The notes under the pieces were generated by a model. The model did no database searches. It worked only from the letters and a program-made list of their open reading frames with translations, and was not told the DNA's origin. A stretch of DNA of 64,000 nucleotides from Oculina patagonica (Eukaryota), in NCBI RefSeq assembly GCF_052425735.1, contig NC_135764.1, positions 25,296,001-25,360,000 of the forward strand, in the 5' to 3' direction. Within the stretch, counting starts at the first letter, position 1. Every line of letters begins with the position of its first letter. This document shows, in pieces, positions 13,875 to 26,000 of the stretch. The position numbers and the translations under genes are program-made.

Positions 13875-13995
13875 GAATGGTGTTGTGAAAGCTGAGTATC
13901 TTCCCACCGACTTCACTCTGAGCCTGTAAGGAACGCCAAATGAATTACTGTTTGCGGAGGCGAAGATAACAGTGTCAGACTGCAACAAGAATTGA
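13875..13995 (+). pseudogene. Decayed CapA terminal exon 7
   Basis: CAG|GAATGGTGTTGTGAAAGCTGAGTATC... matches exon 7 of copy A, but has a ~28-nt deletion and TGG>TGA at 13941. Confidence 0.8.
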
Positions 13996-14690
13996 AGGCG
14001 AACAAGTTTGCTTTAACTGAAAGAGAAAGACGGCAGGCGAGTTGTACACTGTCGCCCGTAATAAAAAATAAGCTTAATTCCTCTCGAGCTTTTGGGCCGA
14101 CAAAAGGGAATACTTCGTGCGCTCGGTCCGGTCCATTTTGTCGGTTGGGACGACAAAATGGAATACTTCATGCGCTCGGTCCGGCCTAGCTTCGCTAGGA
14201 ACTAAGATTTTCTATTTCGGAATATTTATACTCGCTGCGGTAGTTGTAACTCGCCATAAGACCACGAAGATTTAGCGCTATAAAAATGATGCTTTAGATC
14301 ATGCTATAATTTTCGGCAATTCAGTTAAGTAGCCTAATACGCCGTTAGAGTAAGTCAGGTAACAAAATGATCAACGCTTTTACTTCCTGTCCTCTGTCCT
14401 CTCGAGCCAATAGACGACTTCGAAAAAGGTTTTTTGTACTTTATCTTTGATCGGTCCAGATATCACATTGATGCCAGTGATGTTAGGAGTTTCATTTTTA
14501 AGCGTAGTGGAACAAAATAAATATTACCAGAATATTTTAGCACTAGAGTAAATTAAAAGTGTTCAATTATGAATTAAACTCTGAACTCCCACTGCCGGTA
14601 AGATAGACTTCTTAACTTTGGTTGAAAACTCGCTAACAAAAGAAAATTCCGCGAAGGTTTATAGTATTTGCCAGTGGTCATTCCGTTATC

Positions 14691-17600
14691 ATGAATTTTA
14701 TCATTTATTTCTTGATGTCCATGCCATATGCAGTAACTGCGAATAAAGGTAAGATAATATAAAAAAAATTGGAGTGTTGACAGGAAAGCCACAACTGCTT
14801 AAACCAGTTACTGGAGTTACTGGAGGCCCATAACTAAGAAATTTTAAGACACGAAGTCATCCAAACGAGAGCAACGTTCACATAAACGAAGACGAAATTA
14901 AAATTTTGTGAATATCGTTTATTACTGCCTCAATTGATTAATTAGAACCCTTGGAATGTTATTGAACCCGAAGCTGTAACGATATTTTCCATATTTACCT
15001 TGTAGATAATGTCACTTTGCTGTTTGTGGGTGATATTTCATTTTCTGGCCCAGTGAAATATTACGTGGAACGCAACAATTACAAATATAATGATTCGTTC
15101 AATGAGGTTGCACCATACATCAGAGAAGCTGATATTTCAGTGGGTAATTTAGAGGCTCCTTTTGTTAGCAAGGATGTTTATCCCTACAAGTTCAAAGGAG
15201 AGAAGAGGTTAATATTTCTTGATTCCAGTCCCAAGGCTGCGTCGGCATTGAGGTAATTAATGCGTCCAACGAGCATCATATAACAGTAATATTTACGTGA
15301 CCATATAATTAACTAATCGCTTCTGCGAAGACTATTATAAAAACTATAATAAATTAAATTAAAATTATGATATTTGCATGAGCCTAGTAAATAACCTTCA
15401 TATACAGTCAACTCTCTCTAAGACGGACACCTTCGGGACCGGCCGCAGCTGTCCGTCTTAGAGAGGTGTCCGCTCTGTAGAGAGTCGAGGTAACATGACA
15501 CCAGTAATTCTGAGATAATAAAGCTAAACCTTTGCACAATACAACAAGCCTTTGCTAACTGCAACAAGACTAAAATAATAAAAGGACCGTATTTGCTTTT
15601 TAAAGGAAAAATTAAGAGCTTCTACAAACTGTAACGCTGTAAGTAGAGAACGACCTCTTTAGTGTTCATATAAGTAAGCAAAGAATTAATCCGTTAAAGC
15701 GTCATTGTTTGTGGGTAGTAAGCTTGGTATACACGTATCCTTAGGGCACTGACTAAGTTTGCAAAGTTTGGAAGTATTTTCACTAATAAAACATGATAAA
15801 AAACACTTCTCAAGTGTCCGTTAATTATTTCAAAGTGTCCGTTGTCCGTCTTAGAGAGGTGTCCGTCTTATAGGGAGCTTGGTTACAGTAAAATGACTGA
15901 AAAACGACAGGGACCATCACCAGGTGTCCGTCTTATGGAGGTGTCCGTCTTATAGAGGTTTCCGTTAAGAGAGAGTTGACTGTTCATACATAGATCGTTA
16001 CGAGTCTCCTTATAGCGGAATCTTTGTTTACAATATTTGCCTCGTTAGCATAGCGCTTCACTTTATCGAGCTACAAAAATATAAATTATGAATATTGAAA
16101 GTACATAACCCGATGTATTAAATACTTTTTTCTGTGACGCAGGTTTGAAAACTTCACCTTTTACAAACTTGAAGAATGTATATAACGTATGGGCTCATTA
16201 GCGCTTTTGCCAAATTTTAAATCGCCTATATCTCCTTGCATATTGTACACAAGGGGCTGGAAATTTCTCCAATTATTAAGTTTCACAAGCTCTTTAAGAG
16301 CGGTCGGTATAAAACGCAGACCATGCAGACTGCAGACTGCAGACTGCAGACCGTGCAGACCGTGCAGACGGTGCAGACCGTGCAGACTGAGTAATTTTTT
16401 TTTCTTCTTTTTTTACCTTGTGTTTCACAAAACTTTTCACGAACAGTTTCCGAAGTTCGTTTGAAATTCGCGAAGTTCGCTATGAACTTTAGGGGGAATT
16501 TCATTATGTAGTTGTCAATCAAATTACGAACTTCGAAACGAAATTGTGAATTTCACGTTCAGCGAAGTTGAAAGGTTGAGGAGTTCGCAAGTTGAGAAGA
16601 AGTTCGTCCAGTTTGTTTAATTTGGTGAAATGAATCCGTTCCCAGTACAGCAAAAAGCAATCCCAAGTCCAGTAAGGCAGGACATCAACGGACTAAAAAG
16701 CAAGGCTGCCCTGAAAATGGTTTGTGAATGTTACAACTGAGTTTTCCCAATGTCACCCGACACCCGACTAAAAATAGATTACAAGTTCTGCCGTGTGCAG
16801 TTTCGAAGGAAAAAATTTCAACAGATGAACCGGTTTACATATAAAAATACTGTTTGTGTGTGCCGTAAAAATCTTCTAAAGAGGAAAAAACGTTTTCCTT
16901 CTTGAATACACATCAGTTTGGAAAATCTGCGGAAAACCAGAACTTTTCAATTCCATGTTGTTATACTTCTGTGTTTACACAACAAGCAAGTCACGCCATC
17001 TGTCTGTTCGTGATAAACTCTTTTCCTCTGAAATAATTTATATTTGCAAAAAAATAAGCTTTGGTTAAAAATTTTTTTTACTAATAAACAACACTTGCTT
17101 TGGAACAATTGAAATGTGTATTTATTTACAAATTACTTATATTTTAAATATTATTAAGGACAGTGTAAAAATTTTTGGGGGATTTCTCAAGAAAACCCTG
17201 TATTCCCAAAGCATAACTACCAACCGAAGCATTTGTTTACGTTATAAAATTGAACTAGAAACCTGAACTTAACAAATAAACTGCTATATCCGACCAGTTC
17301 GTTTTACCTATAACTTAAAATTTTCCAATGTTTACAGTGTAACGCGCTCTCTGACAGTAGAAGAAAACTCAACAAGCTGGAAGCTAAATAAAATAATCCT
17401 TGACTTTGAAGCCAACTTTAGATGATTTCCTGCCTTCCTGGACTTGAAATTGCCTTTTCTTGTACCGTGAACGGATTCATTTCACCAAATTAAACAAACT
17501 GGACGAACTTCTTCTCAACTTGCGAACTCCTCAACCTTTCAACTTCGCTGCACGTGAAATTCACAATTTCGTTTCGAAGTTCGTAATTTGATTGACAACT

Positions 17601-20008
17601 ACATAATGAAATTCCCCCTAAAGTTCGTAGCGAACTTCGCGAATTTCAAACGAACTTCGGAAACTGTTCGTGAAAAGTTTTGTGAAACACAATGTAAAAA
17701 ATGAAGAAGAAAAAATTACTCAGTCTGCACGGTCTGCACCGTCTGCACGGTCTGCACGGTCTGCAGTCTGCAGTCTGCAGTCTGCATGGTCTGCGTTTTA
17801 TACCGACCGCTTTAAGAGCGAAGGCACAGATTTTTGGCACAAAATGTCAAAATTGCGGTCACGGCCAAAAGGAAATCTTGCCTTTATTTTTCAATTTCTA
17901 GAAAGTTTTTAACGAGTTTTCAAAGGTTTTGGGGTTTAATTTTCAAAATACGGCCAACTATCGGAAATATTTGAGAAAATTGATTTCGCACTATCGAGGG
18001 CTAAAAATAGCCGAATAAATTAGCAAAACTTAGCATTCGCAAAAGCGTTCTCGCGTTATTAGTAGAAGTTATATCCTCGGAAATAAAAAACATATATTTA
18101 AAGTAGAAGTATTTAGCAATGTTTACATGCCTGTGTTTCGGTTCTAGATTATACTTTTCACAGCGAAAGTAACGCTCTTTGATAACAATTTTATAACTGA
18201 TTAAGTAAATACAGTTTCACTTCATAATAACAACCTGAATTTTTGATATGTGGCCACTCTCCAATCGGCTTCATTTTATGGCTATAAAAAGCCCAAAGAC
18301 TCTTCTTTAACTACATATAAAAATTAATTTGGGTTTTGCAGCAAGCGCATTTTAAAACGCCAGCGAAATATGGGTAATTTAACTAAAATTTGAACTAATT
18401 TGCATATTACCGTTTTGATGCCATGTTAACCGCATTCACGCAAGAACCGAAAACTCTGGTTTTGGTTAAAATTTTTGCGTTTAACATGTCTTTACACTTG
18501 AAAACGATGACATACCTGTAAGCATAGAGTCCAGTTCTTGTCCATCTGATAAATTTGTTAGCGGAGCGTAACGTAGCAGCTACACTGAATTAGTTAAAAA
18601 AAACATACGGGCAAAGGTCACGACAGTTTGCGTTATGCGTGATGCTTTTTATGTTATGGAAGATTGTAACGCATGCCGATGAAGTAATATCTTCAAAAGC
18701 ACAAAATACTTCACGGAATTACGTTCTTCCTTTTTAGAATTTCTGCTAGGCAGCCGGGAAAGGGAATAACGTGAGACGTGAGCAGCCTATATCTCTTTAT
18801 TTTTGAGGGAGGGGGGGGGGGGGTGGGAGGTGGGGTGGGATCGGGAGGGAGGCAAATTGGCCTCGATCATTATTCACTGCTCGTGTGAGGACATTAGGGG
18901 CCAACCATTTTACTTTTGAGGGGGGGGGGGGGATGGGTGATATTGAAAAAATATATATTCCGCAAGCGCATGCGTGCAAGAAAAAAATTCCTGCACAGGA
19001 CAGTGGTCCAAAAAAAAATTCATGCTTGTACAGTGGGCTGGAAAATATTCCTGGCAGGATGTTCCCTGGGTTGGCATATTCAACTTTTAATATCAGCAAA
19101 CTGTTAAAAGATTTTAGCATCTGCACTTAGGTAAGAGGGATTCATAGCACAATAATGTGTTCCCCTCAGATGGCTTTTTTGCCTGTGGTTACCGATCTTG
19201 GTACATTTTTTTTCTCAAATTCAAGATCACGCCTGGTGTTGTGACACGAGTAAGACCAGGGATCCACTTTTTCAGAGTTCGGAAAGTGACCTTGTCTGCC
19301 ATTATCGATAGTATTTGTCGTCGGGTATCCCAGGTGCTTGCATTACTGTAGCACTCTGTCAGAGCATTCATGAGTACGTTATCCAAATCTTCATCCTCGC
19401 TTTCGCTGTCACTTGAGAATTGCTTGTTCAACGATGGAACAAGCTAGTGCCACAACTCGCCTGGTTGATTTGGTGCTACCTCATCTAAAACAGCACCAAC
19501 TGCCTGTTGTGCCTTGCGAAGATGGCGACGACGCGTTCTTTCACTAGCTTCCGCATTCCATGGAATAGTAACAGTATGCCTGACTGGACTGACATCCCTG
19601 CTTTCTAAGAATTCGTTCAGTTTGTTCAGCGGTGTAAACTCTTCGCGCGTAGGCCCCCTGCTGTGAGAATCAGGTGTGACGTCAACGCTAGTGTCTGAAG
19701 GGCAATACAAGCTCCCCCCTGGCGTCTGGACGTTGGAAGGATAACACAGAGACGCTGGCGTACTTCGAGCCACTGGTGCAGCGCCAATAGAGGTGTTCTG
19801 TAACGAATAATTAAATTCAAACCTACTCAATACCACCTATTATTAAAAACTAGCAATGGTATATTGCAGCTCCTGAGTTTTGATTAGTTAACAGGCAATG
19901 GTATATGAGCTCAAATACCATGGACCACAAAATATGCTACCCGATACGCGTCAACGGAAACAGCTGGAGAGCTCTAATATTGCAGTTCTTTGGGCAATTT
20001 TAAAAAAA

Positions 20009-20042
<34 letters not shown>

Positions 20043-23000
20043 CGTTAAAGCCAACTCAGCGCTACGCGCCTCGTTGGCTATCTACCATCTCATATCCAAC
20101 GCCTGAGGCTAATCTTGATAGCTTTTAGTGACTCAAGCAATAAGTAGAAGCAATTTTTTTATAACCCGGCTATTGAAGTGGTACATTACAAGAGATGGTT
20201 TACACTTACCAACGACATGTTTTCCATTTGCAGAACTGCAGCCTTGTTTTCAGCATCCACAAGAAGCTTACGACAATTAGAACAAACGCCTGTGAAAATG
20301 TTTTGACTTAGAACATAACAGTCAAATCTGTTTAAACATGTGCCGTTCAACCGATTTCTAGTAACGGTATTGACATGACAAATAAGTATTGAAGTGTTAT
20401 TTGCGCAAAAGATTGGTAAGAGGTAACAAATGCTGCAGCAAGAACAAATTCCGCATAGAGAATACTTTTGTTCTCCTGCAATACCAAGACACTTAAACTA
20501 TGGCCACAAATTTGTCTAAAGGGGTGATGTAAATCGAGGGTACGCAAAGGATTCGTTTCTCTTGACAAGCAGTCGGGAAATATCGGACTTCTGCTTGCAC
20601 TGAGCATGCCTAGCTTTTGAAAGCAACGTTCGACGAACTTCTGGGTTTTTTTTTTACTTCCGGCCAGTTTTTATTGTTTTCACAACCATTAAAATTGATC
20701 TTGCAACGAATATTTCGACTCACTTGTCACATTAAGCTTGCGCAGCAAGGAACTGAGACTCGATGTACGCAGTCTCGTACCCAGAGGCCGCGATTCAAGC
20801 CTCTCTCTGCTTTTGGCTTTTTACTGGTAGTGGTGTTGTGCCTCGACAAGCTCACTGGTATGGCACACTTAGTAGAACTGCGCTTCCAGCTGACGCCAAG
20901 GCATGCACGATGTTGTGGACACATAGTCCAGTTTTCTATGTTTCGAGTCGGCGCAAAAATTGTTGCTCTCGCCAACAATAATTCTACTTCATCTTCAATC
21001 CCGATAATAGAAAAGGCTGACTTGTGTCCTGATATATCTCGATGACAGGTCAGCAAAGGAACTATTTCTACTGACTTTGTCCTATCTTTTGAATCATAAC
21101 CGCAGCGACCGCCAACAATAGCGAGAAACGAACAAGCGCTGCCCTCCATTGTTTCCCACTAAAAAAAGTGAAAGGCGTATAAAAATACCTTGATGTTCAT
21201 TTCACTCGTACTGCCCCCCCCCCCACACACACACACACACACACACAATTCCTTTTACCTTGGCATAAGCGTCACGCATTATAATGACATGTCGTGAGTC
21301 TTACTTGCAACTGACCAGTAGCACGAACTGAAAAGGAAAATCTCTGCCCATGAGAAAGAAGGAGGGTATTTTTTAAAATTCAAACAGTGATTCAAAAGTA
21401 TTTTCAAACATTGTCTACTTTCAGAGTTTGCTTACAGGCCGAGCACGGATCCAGTATAATCCACCCACCACCCACTGCTCACCGCCCCATTCTTCAACTT
21501 TTTTTGTATTCATTTTCAAATGCCAGCAAAAAGGTTTTTATAAAAATATTGAAGATCCGATACCAGGATTCATTGTAAGAAGATAAAAAGCGTTCTCTGG
21601 TAAAATATTTAAAAATTATAAGCTTTCGACAGCCAGACTGCTGTCTTTGTCTTCTACTTCCTTTTTATCCGTCGAAGACAGCAGTCTGGCTGTCGAAAGC
21701 TTATAATTTTTAAATATTTTACCAGAGAACGCTTTTTTATCTTCTTACAAAGGCTTTTGTTGTGTGGATGCAAAGGTGTTTTCTATAAATTCTGTATGCT
21801 TAAAATTTGACACTTAACCAAACATACTTCAATTCCGAAATTAAAATTTCGTGATATTTTCTGTAAGTTTATAATTAGATTTCATAATTTAATTTGGATG
21901 TTTACACAGGTGTTGTAGTGCGCAAATTTTGTGCGACAGAGGTGTTCGTAGGCAACGGATTTTTTGGCTTTTTGATATGTGAAATTTTCAATGTTTATCG
22001 GGGAGATTTAGTTTATTTTACTAATTTACTATCAATATAGTGAGCTATCCGCACACGCGTCTGCACTGAATACGGCTTGTAGCTTGATCGAATCTAATTA
22101 AATAAAATTCTTAAATAAGATGAAAACTTATAAGAAATATAAATAATAGCAATTTAAAAATATAAATAGCTCTAACTATTTAAAGATATTTTCACTCCCA
22201 AAAAAAAGAAATAAAAATAGTAAACTACCCGTCAACAACAAAACATTCTTGAAATTCCATTTACCGGTCATGCGTTACAACTTTATCTGAATCGTCACGT
22301 AATACTCAAACAAATCGTAACACTGGCCTTTTAGTCCCTTGCAGCTAATTTCGGGTAAGTACGCGAAGATATTAATTAACAATTATTGGATGAGGTTGAG
22401 CATGATAGCGATAATTATCAAGGCCTCAGTTTCTGTTATCCGCCTCAGCCGAAGGCTGAGGCGGATAACAGAAACTGAGGCCTTGATAATTATCGCTATC
22501 ATGCGAAAACCGAATCCAATAATTGTTTTATTATGCACATTCCTGAGCTGCACTTGTAAAGACAGGAGCGCGCACAAAAAAATGATGAATGCATAAAACT
22601 TCTGAATGCATAAAACTATTGTCTGTAGGTATGACGTCACTTCTACATATGTAAAATCTAATGTCTGTAGGTATGACGTAAGAGAAACAGCAAGCAAGAA
22701 TTAGCTGCGTGCTTATAGCCAATCAAAATCAAGCTGGTGACACCAATGTATAATAAAAGAAATTCATGGCTGCGTAAAATATGATCTTGTTCAGATTCAA
22801 GAAAATGTAATTATAGATCGTAAATTTTTGTAGAGAATGAAATGTGGCATCTGTGAGTCTCTACTGTTTATAAGTCAAACGCTCCTTTCACCGCTTTTAC
22901 TGTATCTACCGCAGCAATATAAAAGGTAAGTGATCCTTTCAGTAGGGATAGAAAAGGATTTCAAGTTAAATTTAGTGTTAAGCACAAATTTAAGGAAAAC

Positions 23001-26000
23001 CAGAGTTTGCAGCTTTTACGCGAATGCGGCCGTTACATGTAACATGTCATCAAAACGGTGATATGCAAATTAGTTCAAATTTTAGTTAAATTACTCATAT
23101 TTTGATGGCGTTTTAAAACGCGCTCGCTTAAAAACTCCAACCAATTTTTATATGTAGATAAAGAAGAGTCTTTGGGCATTTTATAGCCATAAAATGAAGC
23201 CGATTAAAGAATGGCCACATATCGAAAAGTAATCTTGTTATTATGAGATGAAACTGTATTTACTAAGGCAGTTACAAAATTGTCATCAAAGAGCGTTACT
23301 TTCGCTGTGAAAAGTATAATCTAAAACCGAAACACAGGCATAAAAACATTGATTTATTCTTCAACTTTAAGTATATGTTTCTAATTCTCGATGATATAAC
23401 TTCTATCAACAACGCGAGAACGTTTTTGCGAATGCTTAATTTTGCTATTTAATTCGGCTATTTTTAGCCTTCAATAGTGCAAAATCGATTTTCTCAAATA
23501 TTTCCGAAAGTCGGCGGTATTTTGAAAAATAAACCCCGAAACCTTTAAAACCTCACTTAAACCTGTTTAAAAATTAAAAATAAAGGAGGGTTTTATTTTT
23601 GACCGTGGACAAGGTTTGCTTCAAAAATCTGTGCCTTCGCTCTTAAATATCTAGAGTCACTTTGTCTATAGCATGATGCCTTCTCTACGAAACTTGTATG
23701 CTAATGAGGCAAAATGTTAACCGTTAGTTTTGCAGGATTCGATGCTGTCACGGTCGCCAACAATCATTTCAACGACTTTGGTTCCAAGGGTGCTAACTTT
23801 ACTGTTGAGGTTCTTAAGAAGGAAGGAATAAAGTATTTTGGTATAAGTTATGGAAAGTACGACTCTTCTCAGGTATGGTAATCTTCAAAAACGATTGTCT
23901 TAAAAAAGACGCTTCTATTTTGTTTCAGAACAGTACGCAATTTATTTCTTGAAGTTACAGTAACATTTGCGTTTGTCTAACATGTTTACTTTTTGGGGTT
24001 AAGGATTGAAATGGTTAATGCTCTTATGTTGCTGATGTGCAATGTTGTTTTTCTCATTGTACCAGTTAGCAGCAGGCTAGAAATATGGCGGTATAAAATC
24101 AACATAACATTGATTGAAATCCATTCGTAATTTTTCTTTTTCCTAAAAAGAATGCACGGTGGGGTGGGTGGGGTACTCCCAATAGCGGACTATATATGGA
24201 GAGGTTCCACCTGAAAGGGCTACCTTTTTCAGGCTGGAGGCATATAAAAGGGTAGGGACTTCACGAGTTGTAGTATACTAAAGGGATGGTAAAACTGTCA
24301 CTTTTGTATCTATAAGGGCTTTTCAACATATCTCTAGCAGACCCACCAAACGATTTGTTCATTTTAGCATTTTAAGGGCTTCTTCAAGTGAAAATTAATA
24401 AAACAGATGTAGTAACGCTCCTGTAGGTATGTGAAAGGGGTACCATTTTCTAACGAAGGTATATGAAAGGGGTACCCTCGGATGTATAAAGCCTGGTTTT
24501 CACTAGCGACGCAAGCACAAGCGCAAGGATAACAGCTCTTATTTCACCGTGAAAACGGCTTCGACGCAAGCAAAAACACAACCGCATTGAATTTTGATGC
24601 TTGTACTTGTGCTTGCGGAAAGCGCAAGTACAAGGGTCAATTTTTTTTCCTTTTCTCGTGCTTACGCTTATGCTTGCGCTTGTACTTGCGTCGCTAGTGA
24701 AAACCAGGCTTAAGCATTTAGTCACAACTCGACGACTACAAAAGGTAGCGGGGGAAATAGCGAGTGCGTTGCCCGGGACACTCGCTCGACCTTTACGCTG
24801 CCCCTCTTTAAAGCCACTGGAAATTTTAGTCAATTCTACAGGCTTTTGATTGACTGAAACAGTTTTATGCAGAACAGGCGTTTTAAAATACGGAGTTGCA
24901 AAGTAATTATCATGATTTTAGTAGATAGACTGGAGTTTGCTCCTCGAGATTAGATGGCATGAACCCCCGACTTTGCTGCACGATCTGCGATTTTATGACT
25001 GCGGAAAAGTACGGTGATAAATAACTTAATGAATTGGACAATTCTTTCATTTTCAAACTTCATTTTTTTTATGCTTACTTAGTGATGCCAAAAACAAGAA
25101 ACGTTTGACCAGGAAGTTCGAATCATGATTAAACGCCACAAAAAGATCTGCAAGACAAATTCTAACCCCTTAAGATACCAAAACATTTTTTAACTCTCTC
25201 TCGTCACAATGTACGCCCCAGAAGTTAATGCCAAACATAAACCTACACAACCATTTTGCACCGAAGCTTCGGGATTCAAAACTATAGTAGAACCCGGTAA
25301 CTCGAACTCCTCGCTAACTCGAACTAAGTCCCATTTTCCTTGGATTTAGCCCCACTTTTTAAACATTTTTTCTCGGTTAACTCGAACTAAGATAACTCGA
25401 ATTCCCCACTAACTCGAACTAAATTCCGTTTCCCTCGAACAAAATTTGGGTCAAATTTACCCCGATATCTCGAATTCTGGTTCTTGAAACTCGCTATGGC
25501 TGCCCACTGAAATATCCCAAAAGCTCTTCTTGTCTTGTAATCGGGTTTAAACGCAAAAACTAACAATACAGCAATCTGATTTTAATGAGTGAAACGAACA
25601 GACCCATATTTCACGGTCATTTCCCCATCTTATCATAATAATGCATGATCGTGTTACAGTTTCTGACGAGATAACTGTACTGTACACTGTAGTGTTGAAA
25701 ATCAGTAAACTGTCAATTATTAACATGGCAAATTAAATATTCAATCGACCCCGATAACTCGAACCCCCGCTAACTCGAACTGTTTTTTGTTTCTCTTCAG
25801 AGTTCAAGTTACCGGGGTACTACTGTAATTGATTTCCCTCTAAAGCCACAACCATCCGGACATTCATCGCCAAGAGGGCCTTGGGAACATTTCTAACATT
25901 TCTTTGCTTGCTTTGTTGCTATAGGAACCTCTTATTCTGGAAAGAAACGGAATAAAGATCGGATTTCTAGGTTACTGTGATCACGTACCTGATTACCCAA

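Larger units (their letters stand above)
17816..23642 (-). mobile_element. Sola3-like DNA transposon, internally deleted, with decayed transposase N-terminus
   Basis: TTAA|GAGCGAAGGCACAGATTTTTG ... CAAAAATCTGTGCCTTCGCTC|TTAA, with ~600-bp imperfect TIRs. Minus-strand ORF pieces at 21149-20727, ~20290-20210, 19836-19444 and 19431-19230 (YSNASTWDTRRQILSIMA...IPGLTR) include an in-frame stop; no DDE core is seen. TTAA TSD, GAG termini and long TIRs fit Sola3. Confidence 0.72.

Noticed and set aside
16189-17912. Cys/Arg-rich ORFs (CRPCRPCRRC, VCTVCTVC) resembling metallothionein or zinc fingers
   Set aside because: They are translations of TGCAGAC/TGCAGACCG tandem units within the Mutator-like TIRs and occur mirrored at both ends.
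21620-21702. Active hammerhead ribozyme in the 21573-21750 inverted repeat
   Set aside because: A stem II-like hairpin and GAAA are present, but the CUGANGA core is missing on both arms.
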